Origin: Octopus vulgaris
Taxonomy: Eukaryota
Assembly (NCBI GenBank): GCA_951406725.2
Contig: OX597819.1
Span: 100,812,001-100,876,000, forward strand
DNA length: 64,000 nt
Reading direction: 5' to 3'
This document shows positions 1-13,775 of this stretch, one piece after another. The notes under the pieces are model-generated. The model had not been told where the DNA came from. It did not search any database and was given only the letters and a program-made list of their open reading frames with translations. A program made the translations under genes and the position numbers. The number at the start of each line of letters is the position of its first letter. Position 1 is the stretch's first letter.

Positions 1-1249
1 ACAAAGCTAAAAACCTGTAAGGAAAGAAATAGGCAAATGTATGAGCCCCAATAACATGACTGGGGTACTGAAGAGCTAAGTTGATCTGCAATGTATTTGA
101 ACCCAGAAAGGAAGCATCCAGAAGAAGTTGTTTTGTCTCAGGCTCTCACGATTTTGCCATTATCATTGTGGTGGTATTGAGGTAACTTTGCTTCGTTGCT
201 GTCATTACAATTGTTATTTTAATAAATTATTATGGCTACTGTTATTTTTCTTTCTTTCTTTCTTTTTTACTTTTTTTTTAGTTTTTTGGTGGTGGTATGT
301 TGCGGATATTTCTGATGTTTATGTTGTTTATATTTGGTGTAGCCATCCATCGTGTTGCGGTTATTATTGATGTTGATGGTGTTGTTGATGACGAGGGTGG
401 TGTTGGTAGTGATGTCATTATCATTACTGCTTATATTCAGTCAATGAAAGAAGGTCAGCTGCTTCCATAATGAGATAAGATAATATTGAGGGTGAAATAG
501 GAAGCTTGCTGTGCCGTAGCTTACTGTAAAAGATTATTACATTAGAGCTACTGTATAAATATACAATTATATATCAGTATAGTTAAATCATTATCATCGA
601 CAGCAACCATGGATGTTACAATAACAACTAGAAACATAATGAATATTTCTACAACAGTAACAATAACAACAATAACCGAGTTAATCACACACTAACATCT
701 GTCCTAAAGTAATGACTATTATTTGCATAAATCAACCAATAAAGATGGCGTTTGAAGTTGCTTAACACTTCCTGTACGGTAATATTTCCTTTTGTGTTAT
801 TTTTTTGTAGGTCCACTAGTTTTGTGATGGGTTTCATTGCTGTATTACTATTAAAAACGTTTTTGTAATTTGTCGTTGTAATGAAGCACCCTACATCATA
901 CTTTTGTTATTAAAAGTAATTATTATTATTGCTATTGTTGGTGGTGTTTGCTCTGAACGGTCACGTTTCACAGATCTCTGCTTAAAAGATATTTTCTTCA
1001 GTAATTACTTGATGGGAAAATATTTTGTTTAGTTCTTTCTAACAGCAAAGGCTTTCAGAATATTTATAACTCACGCCATTACCCGGGGTAACAAAACTGG
1101 TTCGTTCTCAGACGTTTTATTGTGTGTATATATTTCTGCAAACATAGATTTTACTTTGTTTATTAGCGGTGCAATATAGCTGCTTCTGATGTAGCGGGAG
1201 AAGTTGCTATCCACAAGTATGGCACCAGATTGTGCACACAGTTATAATT

Positions 1250-1900
1250 TCACAAATACAAAAGAATTTTAGCGAAAACTCAAATTTTAATCAGAACAAC
1301 GAAAGCCTTGACTGCAACAACGGCACAACCCATCTTTTGCTAGAAAGGTAAAGTCAAAAGGAAATATAGACATTGTCTATTTCTAGGCATGCGTGGAAGG
1401 GAAAACGAATCTATCATAAGAAGAGAATCTTTAATTTCTCAAGGATTTCATCTAAAAAGGAACGAAAGCTGGCAATGGACGACTGTTTTTCCAAATAATG
1501 GAGGGAATTTCCTTATGCTATCAAGGGAAGTGTTCGCAGAAAACTTAAGTAATGTACGACAGAATGAGAGTTGCATCGACCGGGTCAGAGAATATGGATC
1601 TGTATATCTGGTCTCAATTCAAAAGCTTATGTTTTCCATAAACGCTTCTCAAGCCTCTGGATAGGGCTAGTTCTCAAAACGGACTACAGTAATATTTCCA
1701 GCTAATGTAGTTGTTAATTAATATGTTAATCAAAACTGCAATGACGTTTGTCGATTTTAGATGAGAAGCAAGTCGACAATAACGGATAAGGATGGTCTGA
1801 TGATGCCAACCAAATCAACAGTACTCAGGAGTAATTTCGGAAATCCCAATTCACAGCAGTTGATTTGAGTGTCAGGTTGTTGTAGTTCTCTGTCGTCTTA
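1250..1900 (-). mobile_element. Highly decayed LINE relic (APE endonuclease C-terminus/linker, Jockey/CR1/I-like)
   Basis: Minus-strand translation with stops gives VNWDFRNYS..WLASS (GDFN..WL.SS-like) and HYLEKQSSIASFRSFLDEIL (H.Y.KADW.SFRSFL-like). Motif resemblance only. Confidence 0.35.
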
Positions 1901-2139
1901 AACCTATCTAAGTGGCTGTTACTTCCCTCGGTGGGGGTAGGTATCATTCGTTTGGTGTAGCATATTTTACACGAAATAAGGTAATTTATATTTATTTCAT
2001 CGCAGTCATTATAAATATAAATCATTATATATTATGTAAGTCATTATATATTATATAAGGAAAACATATTTATTTCCTCCCAGTCATTATATACATATAG
2101 GCATATATATGCATTGTTATATCTATTACGATAGCAAAG

Positions 2140-2412
2140 TATAAACTAGGCTATCTGATGTTGATAAACATCGATGACCACAATGGGCTTCGCATTGTTC
2201 TAGCTTTCGAATGATGCCATCCACCCAATTTAAATGCATGCCAGCATTCCACCGGATCGGGAAACTATTCCGTTGCAACGATATCTTCAAGTCACTGGAG
2301 CGACTTGAAGTGTTTTGCTGAAGAACACAACACACCTTCCTGGGCGGAAATCGAAACCACAATCCTGCGAACGGAAGTGCAATGCTTTAACCAAGAGGTC
2401 ACATGCCTTCAC
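2140..2412 (-). mobile_element. tRNA-derived SINE family C (Meta/MESC-like central domain)
   Basis: Reverse complement of the head seen at 29351 (gtgaaggc..ggtt..ttcgattt..tgtgttcttcagcaaaacactt). The tail with the acaatg..cattgt palindrome also occurs at 29625-29725. Confidence 0.75.
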
Positions 2413-2414
2413 AC

Positions 2415-2417
<3 letters not shown>

Positions 2418-2486
<69 letters not shown>
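2418..2486. repeat. (TA)n microsatellite
   Basis: Perfect TA run; many similar runs occur (e.g. 4374-4453, 13672-13772, 28638-28740, 42898-42963). Confidence 0.98.
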
Positions 2487-2488
<2 letters not shown>

Positions 2489-2674
2489 GGGGTGCGTACG
2501 CGCGCCCGAAAATCTTTTTTGTTTTCAGTTGTCTCAGTCTTGCTGAGGCAAACCTTGCAGAATTTTTGAAGAACGAATCCACGCTAGTATTCTTTTCTTT
2601 TTTCTAGCCTAGTCATTATTCTATCGCTATCTTATGCTGAATCATTAAGCTCCGGAGATATAAGCAAACCAACT

Positions 2675-3048
2675 CCAGTTGGCTGAGTGGTAAAAAAGTT
2701 TGCTTCCCAACCATATGGTTCCAGGATCTGTGCCACTGTGCGACAGTTTCGGCAGGTTCTTCTCGAATAGCCTCGGATTGACCAATGCCTTCTGAGTTGA
2801 TTTCGTAGGTGGAAACTGAAAGACGGCCATCATATATATATGTACATGTATATATGCTTATATCTCACATCTATTTTCATTCCTCTACCTCACCCTCTCT
2901 TTCATATCTTATCTAAATTAACTATTGCTTAACCATCTTCTCACATCGTCTCCGATGAAGGGATACAATAAATATCCTAGAAACAGCTGTAAGACCTTCT
3001 ATTTATAAATGTTCTAAAATCTACACAGACTTGGTTTTTTTATATCAT

Positions 3049-3096
<48 letters not shown>

Positions 3097-3352
3097 TATA
3101 TGTGTATGTGTATGTGTGTGTGCATGTATGTATGTGTCAGTGTGTGTGTGTCTTTGTATCTGTGTTTGTCCCACACTACTGCTTGACAACTGGTGCTGGT
3201 TTGTTTCTGTCTCCGTAACATAGCGGTTCAGTAAAAGAGTAAGATAGATAGGTAACGTGCGTTAAAGTTAAATGGTACTGGGATCAATTCGTTGGACTGA
3301 CATCCTTCATGTCCCAGATGGCCGCAGTCTAATGACTGAAATAAATAAAAGA
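2675..3352 (+). mobile_element. SINE family A (tRNA head, internal TA/TG microsatellite), interrupted by a hammerhead-bearing insert
   Basis: 5' half (tggctgagtggtaa..cccaacc..ggaaactgaaag, 2675-2830) and 3' half (tgtttgtccc..gcttgacaac..ggccgcagtc..tgactgaaa, 3140-3352) match the copy at 53314-53735. Confidence 0.85.
2948..2995 (+). ncRNA. Minimal type-I hammerhead ribozyme motif (Penelope-type), C4 variant core
   Basis: gtct-CCGATGA-agggata caataaa tatccta-GAAA-cagctg-TA-agac. Stem I gtct/agac, stem II gggata/tatcct, palindromic stem III ACAGCUGU, GUA cleavage triplet. Confidence 0.75.
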
Positions 3353-3611
3353 TATATTATATATATATATAATTGAGAAATTGTTCAAAATGTATAAAAG
3401 GATGATGAGTAAGGCACCGACACAATTTCGATTACCTGTTTGTATTTCTTTATGTATGTATGTCTATACATGGATGAGAGGATTCTTTCAGTTTCCGTTC
3501 ACCAAATCCATACACAAAGCAAAATATTTCCCCAAGGCTCCATGAAGCAGAAGCAACCTCGATCCGTATGGCTGGGAAGCAAAATTGACAAACACACTCG
3601 CCGATACATCA

Positions 3612-3686
3612 ATCCATCCATCCATCCATCCATCCATCCATACATACATACATCCATCCATCCATCCATCCATACATACATACATG

Positions 3687-3718
<32 letters not shown>

Positions 3719-3780
3719 CATACATATATACACATACATACATACACATACATACATACATACATACATACATACATACA

Positions 3781-3814
<34 letters not shown>

Positions 3815-3820
3815 CATACA
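3612..3820. repeat. (CATC)n/(CATA)n tetranucleotide array
   Basis: Directly visible. Confidence 0.97.
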
Positions 3821-4368
3821 TGCGTGTCGTCTTGGGCTTCTCTCTTCTGTTATTGCATCGATCAGAGCGACGTCTTGTGATAGAATTTGGTCAACATAAA
3901 TCATCTGACAGCTTATCGTATACATGTACGTGCGTGTGTGTAGTGTGTATGAGATGGAGAGAGAGAGAGAGAGAGAGAGAGTGAGTGTGTGTGTGTAGCG
4001 TGTGTGTGCTTGTGTTTGTATCCATCTCCTCCCAACAGGTGTGGCTTTGTTTACGTTTCTGTAATTTACTTTTCGAAAACTGAGAATTGGGGTCAATTTT
4101 TTTCGTCTAAATTCCTATTGACGATGTCGCAGACGAAACACGTAAAAAGATATACACACAGACCGGTGTTTTGTGGCTATTACAGTCTTTTTCAGTATAT
4201 ATGTATACACTTATGTGCTGTAATATGTGCAATGTACTCTACTATGTACTAAAATATGTACTTTACAATTACGTGCTTTAACTACAGCATTAGTGCATTT
4301 TAGCTCTTATTTCTTGCAATTTGGTGACAATTATAGTTTTTTTATAGTAATATATTGCATACGGCTGA

Positions 4369-4456
<88 letters not shown>

Positions 4457-5538
4457 ACGCGCGATTTATATATACATATATATATTTATAGATGTGTATG
4501 TAAATATATCTATACATGTATCACCTGCCTTTTTTTCCTCATATATTATGAAACTATGCACTTATATTCGTGTCTCTAAATACTCATGTTCTGATATATA
4601 CACACACTCAAATATACATACATACGTGTGTGAATTATATATATCTATATGTGTGTGTGTGTGTGTGTGTGTCTGTCTGTATGTGTGTGTCTGTGTGTGT
4701 ATGTACTTGCGCTTTTGTTCACATGTACGCAAAAACACGCTTAGACACACGATCAAATACACATACACATATCTTACGTAGACACAAAAACGCAAACATA
4801 GACAACACATACCACATAAACTCACACGGATTTACACGCATGCACAGGTACGCTACACATACATATACATTCATACGTGCTTCGTTCTACTTGGCTGCTA
4901 GCAATTCATAACATAACCGTCAATATTTCCCTCCTTAAATGCCATGGTAGCCATCATAAGGTCGTTATGTATTTGATTAAACAGGAATAATTCCGGGATG
5001 AAATACATTTTTTATTGTGTCTCCCGCTGACACTACAGTTTACTGTTCGCCTGTTCGCGCTAATATCTTTTTGTCATGTCCTGACCCGCTATCATTTCCT
5101 TATAAGGGCACACGCTTATATCGCATTTAACCTTCTTAATAGATTCCTCTTCTTAGCGTCCAGATTCGATTCTGCTTTCGCTCTTTATAATCTTATATAT
5201 TTTATATATGTCCATAATATTTCTCTCTTTCTTTTATTTATTTCTTTTCTTCTGCCCTCATTCATTTTCCTTTTGTCCGGATATTGTTTTAATACTGTCT
5301 TCATGTTTGTCCTTCCTTCCCTCGTTGCTGCCATTTTTTTCCTTTTTTTCCCGTTTCTTTTCCTTTCTTTTTTTTTCTTATAGTTTCTTTTTTCGTGAGT
5401 TTTTGTTTTTCTTCTTCCATTCTGATTTCCTCTTATGATTTTTTTATTATATGCACACACATACAAACACAAAGCATCCGCATATGTCAGTGTATATGTG
5501 CTTCAATATACGTTTGTGCCTACATATATATGTATATG

Positions 5539-5595
<57 letters not shown>

Positions 5596-6270
5596 TTGCG
5601 TGTGTGTGCCTGTGCATGTATATATATATATATATATAGATATACATCTATATATATATATATATACAGACACACAAATATATATGATTATAATATATTT
5701 ATATATGTATTCATGTATGGTTATATATATATATATATATGTATATATAATTATATATACATATATATATACATACATATACATACATACATAGAAATGG
5801 ACACACACACACACACACATATACACAAACATTCTGTATTGTTCATGTCATCATGTTTATTTCTTGCCTTGTTTTATTTCTTTTGATTTTTTTACGCTTT
5901 TTTTTGTTGTAGTTTCTTTTTATTATGTAGATGTTATTTACAGTATATAGATTTTCTTCTTTTATGTTCATGTTTTTCTATCTTTGATACGCCCTACAAT
6001 TCACCGCTTACACATTTTATAGAGATTTATACATAAACGTATTATCCTGCATCTATATGTATCTTGGTGTGTGTCTGTGAGAGTGCCTGTGCGCGTGTGT
6101 TTAAGCGTGAGTGTCTGTGAGTGTGTATGGGTACGTGATTCTCTACTAATACATGTAGATGTGTCAAAATGGCAATCTTCAAGCAGTATTTGTATCAAAA
6201 TAGTTAAAAGTTTTGCAGATATACGTGAAAGATAGAAAGGGAGACAGCGAGAGTGCGTATGTATGAGTAT

Positions 6271-6311
<41 letters not shown>

Positions 6312-6626
6312 ATGTATATATATGTGTGTGTGTGTGTGTGTATACATATACGTATATATACATACATGCATATACATACAAATATATATGAATATATGTA
6401 CATGCGTCCATGCATACATACATACATAAACATACACATACATATTATCCATACACTTGTATAAGCATATACACAATATACTCATGTGCGTATAGATATA
6501 CTTACAATTATATAGGAATCTATTATATAGTTGGGACCCCGCAAAACACATTCATGAACCTAAAATTAATGTATATAAATGTATGTGTGTGTGTGTGCGT
6601 GTGTATAGCGAGAAAAAGTGAGTGAG

Positions 6627-6636
6627 AGATAGATAG

Positions 6637-6705
<69 letters not shown>

Positions 6706-6724
6706 TAGCTAGCTAGCTAGTTAG

Positions 6725-6769
<45 letters not shown>

Positions 6770-6770
6770 A
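6627..6770. repeat. (GATA)n/(GACA)n/(TA)n/(GA)n compound microsatellite
   Basis: Directly visible. Confidence 0.95.
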
Positions 6771-6905
6771 ATAGATACATGATACGCATGCGTATGTCCA
6801 TACCTATAGAAATATGCAAACGCAAATATGTTCACAAATATATTCACGCTCGTATACACTTGTGTTTGTATATGAGTTTGTATGTATTTTATGTAGAGAG
6901 AAGTT

Positions 6906-6953
<48 letters not shown>

Positions 6954-7539
6954 CGTGTGTCTGTGTTTGTGTCTGTATGTGAGTCGGTGTCTGTGTCTAT
7001 GTGTGTGTATATGTTTTTAATTAAATGTGTCAATGACAAGATATTTGTTTTGAGTGCACTAACATATTACACAGCTATATTTAAAATCTATGTCTTCTGG
7101 ATACATTTTGGTAGCTCATTCTCTTTTCAATGTCTCCGAAATATCTTCTTTGGTGAATTTCTTCAGAGCACAATTCTTGATTTGAAGAGAACCTACTTAA
7201 TTTCAGTGAATGGAAGTAAAGAAATTATGAATATGTTAGTAAAAATTTATGACACATTTTTCCGGCTTCTCCTTCACCTATTGAGAAAATGTTGACAGAA
7301 AAAAAAAAGTTTGCCTCATAATGCTTCTCTGTCATAGTATAAAATAGTAACTATGTAACATCAGTTGGTTATTTTGTCCATTGTGTTATAAGGATAATTC
7401 TACCGTACAAGTGAGCAGTGGTTAGGAGCATGTAAACGGCTTTCGATAATAGTTTTTGGAGTCTGTGTTGTTTTGAGCTTAATTAGATAGTCTTTTGGCC
7501 CTCATATACTTCACGCAGCGGAATATCGAATAAATAGCA

Positions 7540-7716
7540 GGTGTTAAAGGAGAGGTCGACAAGAGTACTTGCAGGACATTAATTTTCAGCCTTCTTTAAC
7601 CGGAGCACCGTGGATACAATGCGTTGTTAGTGACACAATGTACCACTCGGACGAAGAATCGAACTCATGACATTATGGTCTTAGATCAATACCCTCTACG
7701 CTTGGTAAAGTGCCAC
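7540..7716 (-). mobile_element. SINE family C, decayed
   Basis: Degenerate reverse complement of the 29351 head (gacacaatg..gaatcgaactcatgac). Confidence 0.55.
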
Positions 7717-7785
7717 AAAACGTCAGCATATCTATGCTGATTATTCTGCTCTTTAGATATATTCAATATATAAGATACCTCAAAC

Positions 7786-7998
7786 TGCGAGTTGGCCAAA
7801 TCCTTAGCACGCTGGGCAAAAACGTAACGGCATTTCGTCCCTCTTTTACGTTCTGAGCTCAAATTCTGCCTTAGTCATCTTTAACTTTTATCCGTTCAGG
7901 ATCGATAGAATAAGCCTCAGCAGAGTACTGAGTCGATGTAATCGTGTTACCCCTCCCCACGAAATTCTCGGCCTTGTGTCAAAATTTCAAACCAATAT
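7786..7998 (+). mobile_element. SINE family B (tRNA head + Nin/Deu-like domain), decayed
   Basis: ttagcacgctgggc..gttctgagctcaaattctgcc..gtcgatgtaatcg matches 44771-45003. Confidence 0.8.
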
Positions 7999-9539
7999 AA
8001 TTGGTACAACATTATATAATGTTGTTTTCATTTACACGTTACCATTCGAGTATCTTGTATGCTGTTTGGAATCGTTTGTGTCTAAAATACGATAGTTCAG
8101 AATTCTTCTCGTTGCATCCTCATTTTTCAGTGTACATCTCCAAGAAATCTATCTACATATTTACTGAAATATTAACACAAAATATACCTTTTACCATTAT
8201 ACTTGTTCCCCAGCCAAATTAAAACATGTATATGAGTCACTAATTTCTTTGAAGGGTTAATAAGCTTTCAGATTTGCAGAATGTTAATGAAAATTGATTT
8301 CAAACATTTCTAATTGAATAGTCAAAGATATAATTTCTCATTTCGGCATAAACTATGACCTAATATTTCATCATTATGACAGGAATTATTACGTCATAAG
8401 TATTAAATTATTTTTGCATAAGTTCACGGATTTTTATCGAATCAACAATATTTTATATTTTCCCTGCTTTAGGAAATTGATTGGAAGCGGGAAAGTTTCT
8501 ACGTCGTAGTATATAGCCTGCTACACAGAACAATCACACGAAATGAATTTTAAATTGCATGATACACGAGAATCTTATTCTCAGGAACGTTATATCACGA
8601 TGAATGATGGAATAGTCACGACTAGAATGCCTTTTAACATTGGCCAGCTTGTTCAGGATGGGACCGGTACAAATTAACCGATATTATAGTATCTCAACTA
8701 TAGGCTTCTTAACACGATATGTTGTTTCACCGTACCTTACACAAACTGACATTTTTGTTGAGAGTATAATATTTTTATTCAGATCTAAAAACGCATATGC
8801 ACGTCTCATGCACATGCATACGCCCACCTATGCACACTCACATTTACACACTAAATCTCATGTACTCTGAATGCACGAGCTGCATAAATGTGGTAATAAT
8901 ATCCAAAAGAATATCCACATTTAACCTGTGTGATTAATCAAATGAAAGGGAGGTAACACACGAGAAAGTTCTGTATGTGGATGTAGATAAATGGTAACTA
9001 AGTACAACAGTGTGTATTCAGGCATTGTGTGCATGAGTAGGTATGTATGTACTGCCCTGTAACTGTGTGAATAAAACACAATGTCGTGTATGTGATAGAT
9101 GAATGAAGGGTCTATGCTTCGTATGAGTGAGTTTGGAAAGAATTGACTCTTTTTCTGGAAAAGTGTAGTTGTTTCTTTATCAGTTAAGTACCGTATCTTT
9201 TCCTTTTAAAGAATTTGTGCAACATTTGCATTATCAGGACAAAATGAGGTAAAATACGAAAACTATTGATATATGTGTATCTATATGAGTATACAGGTAT
9301 GCTGTGTTCTATGACCATGTGCACGAAGTGTCATATCTCTTTTGAGTATTACTAGACATATGTAATCAATAGACTAGCTGTCAGTGATAATAGCTGCATC
9401 TCCGCGAGATTTATCTGGTGCGAATTGCTGCTAGTTAACCAAGCAGAGCAAAAATAAAAATTGTCAAAAGCGTAGATGGACTCAGTACAGCATCAGCGCC
9501 TATGGGACAACAGTATACAAGGATATAGAAATACCTGAT

Positions 9540-10720
9540 ATAGTGAAAGGGTGCATTGCAAGCCCATCTAGGGGTTAATGGAATCCTCGTAATTGTGAGG
9601 ATATATGTGCAGAAGTTTGTACAGGAACTACTGTAAATTTTCTGACATGATGAAATAATGCAGGGTTATATTCCAAAAAGACAAGTTCACTTTGCTACTG
9701 TTTTCACTTTTAGTGAATTCCTGGCTCACTTTTGTCGAGCTCTTCTGAACTGTATGTAACTGGGACATATAAAGAATAACGAGATCAGTCGGACGCATAA
9801 CTACATTGTTATACGAGAAATTATTAAGAATATGAAAAGCCTTGAATTGTGTGAAACATATTTTTAAAAGCGGAGATTCCATTTGTGCGGAATATATATA
9901 TATAATATATATTCCAACCTGGTTGTAAAAGCAGACTCTGTAATTTGCCTGACAATTTCTCTAATAATATGATAAAAATGCCACATATCTAGGTATGGAT
10001 GAAGCTATATACTGTGGATAGGAATTTAACAAAAGGCAAGTAACTAAGAAACATCGCAATCGATTGTTAAAATATAAGTCTGAGAATTAGCTCTCATTTT
10101 ATAAAAGAAATCAGTATTCCACTGCATGTTTGTTGTGCCAGTAGCCTTAGAAACATTTGATACTTGATACACATGACTGAACGCAACCTAATTTCATGAG
10201 CTTTGATGTTAAAGCAAGAAAATATTAATAAACGCCAAATATTTCCAAATATGTTGACTTCCACGATCTAAAGCAAAAGCAAATAAGAATATTAATATTT
10301 ACTCAAAAAAATTCTGAATATAGTTTCGTGCCTCTTTTACTGCATGTACGAAAAACCAAGCGTCGAGGAAAATTCATGGATCAGTTTTGTATACATGAGA
10401 CCCATGGCATTATCAGAGACGTTAAGGAACACATTTGAATGAATCCTGTGCCTGGTGACCAGGGGTGTGTACTTAGAGCATTTGAAAAATTCTACCGGTA
10501 CAGAATATCAGTTGAAGTGATTTTACTAACTTACAAGGAGAATATCGTTCAAGAGTATGTTGCCAGAAAATTTCAGAGAAACATTATTTACCCGTGAAAT
10601 ATTCTACTTTGAAACATCAACCTATGTAATAGCACCAATTTTCGATGGAACGTAAATCTAATCAAGAGCAATGTGACGTCAACACAATAATTGAAGCATA
10701 AATACGACTAGGTTGCCAGT
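9540..10720 (+). mobile_element. Decayed R4/Dong-like (RLE-clade) non-LTR retrotransposon, RT and downstream region
   Basis: Broken frames give GIFQ.D (about 9665), YLGMDE (about 9985), FVVPVALETF (about 10130), DVKARKI (about 10205) and C.KIS..HYLP (about 10560), in the order expected for RT to zinc knuckle. Confidence 0.65.
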
Positions 10721-10904
10721 GAAATGGGGTACAAACTATAGAAAACATAGTCTAGAAGTGCGAGTGAGTGTGCTTGAGTGTGTGTATATTTGTGTATATA
10801 TGCATATAGCTATTTCTATATAAGTGTATGCTTATATACACAAAAATTATAATAGTAACACATGCAAAACACCAGGAACTCCAACAAAATCTGTGATAAA
10901 GAGA

Positions 10905-10920
10905 AATAATAATAATGATG

Positions 10921-10981
<61 letters not shown>

Positions 10982-11101
10982 TAATAATAATGATAATAAT
11001 AATAATAATGATAATAATAATGATAATAATGATGATAACAACAACAACAGCAACAACAACAACAACAACAACAATAACAATAACAATAATAATAATAATA
11101 G

Positions 11102-11159
<58 letters not shown>

Positions 11160-11160
11160 A
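10905..11160. repeat. (AAT)n-(AAC)n-(GAT)n compound trinucleotide array
   Basis: Directly visible; source of the poly-N/poly-D/poly-I ORFs. Confidence 0.97.
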
Positions 11161-11560
11161 AGAACACAACGTATGTGAAATTCAATGTTGATAATACATC
11201 TCAGAATGACAAAATGCGGAATATTTGGTGTGTGGTGTGAATTGGTAGTGCATGTCTGAAATTGGCACAACGCGAATACAAATGACAACCAAGCCAATGT
11301 AGCAAGAACGATCCATTAAGAATTCTGAGAGAATTATGACCTAGAAAAATCAAATACGTAGTATAACCAAATCTCACAGTCACTCCATGAGAATGGAGAT
11401 TGCAAAATCCTGTAGAAAGCAATAATTCAGTGCGACCATCATTTTAGACATCCGAAACCTGATGTTGTTTTGGTGAAGTGGGAAGAAGAGAACATACCTG
11501 ATAATCAACATAACATGTATCGTTGACAACAGGATCAAAGGAAAAGAAGTATTCGCTTAT
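11160..11560 (+). mobile_element. 3' fragment of a Dong/R4-like LINE (CCHC knuckle + PD-(D/E)xK endonuclease)
   Basis: With frameshifts: YVKFNVDNTSQNDK..VSACLKLAQREYK..NVARTIH..ENGDCKIL..IQCDH..HPKPDVVLV..IINITCIVDNRIKGKE. Confidence 0.8.
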
Positions 11561-11769
11561 ACTTACCATCATACTCAGCAAAACAAGCTGAGCGTCTTCA
11601 TCAAATACGAGTAATATTTGTTTAAAATTTTCCCACAAGGGCAGCCATTTTGGAGGAGGATATGTGTCGATTACATCGATTCAGGAATCAAATGTTACTT
11701 AATTTATCGAACCTGAAAGGATGAAAAGCAAATTCAACCTCGCTTTCATTCTTTCAGTCTAGATAAATT

Positions 11770-11779
11770 ACTACCACTG

Positions 11780-11820
<41 letters not shown>

Positions 11821-11881
11821 GAGGATGATGATGATGCTCCTGCTGCTGCTGCTACTGATAATAATAATAATAATAATAATG

Positions 11882-11947
<66 letters not shown>
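11770..11947. repeat. (CTA)n/(GAT)n/(GCT)n/(AAT)n compound array
   Basis: Directly visible. Confidence 0.95.
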
Positions 11948-12284
11948 CTTTATTTTATACTAGGGGTTTATAAAAAACGTTGGGGTTGATGTATGTATTT
12001 GCCATCACTAACCAACCTTACGCAGATAATTTTCTTTAGGTCCTTTTCTGGGTGAAATTAGCCAACCTCAACCCAGCACAAAAGCAGCCCCCGTATAATT
12101 TAACCGGTCTTTCTCTTGAGCGTCTTAACACGTTATTGGATGAAGAGGATCTGCCTCGCCAGTTTCCGAGCTGCTGGCCCACTGACATTTCTTCGTTAAC
12201 TGTTGTTCCTCTCACGGCCTCATTTTCTTTTAGAGCAGTGCCAATCTAGTCTTAGCACCTGATGATCAACACTATGACGATGAC

Positions 12285-12660
12285 GATTACATCAACCTCA
12301 TAGATTTACTGGCATTTAATTTATCGAACTACAGAGGATGAGTGTCAAAATCAACCTCGGTACAGTTTGGACTTAGAGCTTAAAGACGGATAAAATGTCG
12401 ATAAGCATTTCCTCCAGCAGGCTTTAATATTCTGCCAGGTCGCCATTACAACAGCAACAATAACAACAATTACAACAACAATAATAAACCTTTCTACTGG
12501 AAGCACAAGGCCTCAAATTTGGGGAAAGGCATCACATCGACTACAGTGCGTAACTGGTACTTATTTAATCGACACCGGTGGAATTTGAACACATATCCTA
12601 GCGGCAGACGAAATACCGCGAAGCAATTCGTCCAGCGTGCTAAAGATTCTGCCAGCTTGT
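12285..12660 (-). mobile_element. Two decayed SINE B copies
   Basis: gtgcgtaactggtacttatttaatcgac..ggaatttgaac..gcagacgaaataccgc is the reverse complement of SINE B. Confidence 0.8.
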
Positions 12661-12718
12661 AATAATAATAATATTAACAGGAACAACAACAGCAACAACA
12701 ACAAAGACAACAACAACG

Positions 12719-12751
<33 letters not shown>

Positions 12752-12759
12752 ACAATAAC

Positions 12760-12806
<47 letters not shown>

Positions 12807-12825
12807 TAATAATAATAATAATAAC

Positions 12826-12865
<40 letters not shown>

Positions 12866-12995
12866 GTAGTAATAATAATAATAACAACAACAGCAACAAC
12901 AACAACAATAATAATCGTAATAATGATAATAATAATAATAATAACAACAACAACAACAACAACTACAGCAACAACAATAATGATAATAAGGATAA
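12660..12995. repeat. (AAT)n/(AAC)n compound array
   Basis: Directly visible. Confidence 0.97.
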
Positions 12996-13438
12996 CATAC
13001 CATTCAGGCATACTCTTACGTATGTGTATACACAAACAAACAGACAAGCTCAAACGTAATACATAGCCTACCTAACTTTATCTCGAATTCAACAGATGGT
13101 TTCCAGATCTGACAAATATAGGTTCCACCATCTGCAAACGCTATATATTCGCCAGAGCTAACATAATTTCGATCATCTGCTCGATCTTAATTAAAGAACG
13201 CTCTTCTGTGTGAAAGTTAATTCTGCATGCAGTGTTGTATTTCATTATGAACGTTTAGCTTCCCTTTTCACTTGAAATTTCTTTAGATTCATTTTTAATT
13301 ATAGTCATATAATTTGTGTATAGATGTGAAGATTAGAGAAGATTTGATATATGCGTATATGCTGGGTTCAGTATAAGTGTGTGCGTGAGTAAGACATAAA
13401 CTAAATAAACTTCCTTGCATCTATGTGTGTGTATGTGT

Positions 13439-13504
<66 letters not shown>

Positions 13505-13667
13505 ATGCATGTGAGGATGTGTATAAATCATTAATGAATCACTAATTTCAAATTCTTTCCCTCGCGATTTCCAAATCCATATTCCAAATACATCCACACA
13601 TATACGCTCATGCACACACACACACACATACACACGTACACACACATATTCTAAATATATATACATA

Positions 13668-13775
<108 letters not shown>

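Noticed and set aside
955-1010. Minus-strand CTGAAGA..agatct..GAAAcgtg hammerhead-like motif
   Set aside because: Position 17 is G and stem I does not pair; at best an old relic.
4110-4150. ttgacga-t-gtc gca gac-GAAA-cacg-TA hammerhead-like motif
   Set aside because: Stems II/III are plausible but C3 is lost and stem I is unpaired; not counted.
7040-7300. Possible minus-strand exons (KNCALKKFTKEDISETLKRE)
   Set aside because: Short frames with stops, weak splice sites and no recognisable protein.
13150-13200. Minus-strand gatc..gatc-GAAA stem resembling a hammerhead 3' half
   Set aside because: The core has three or more mismatches and stem I is weak.
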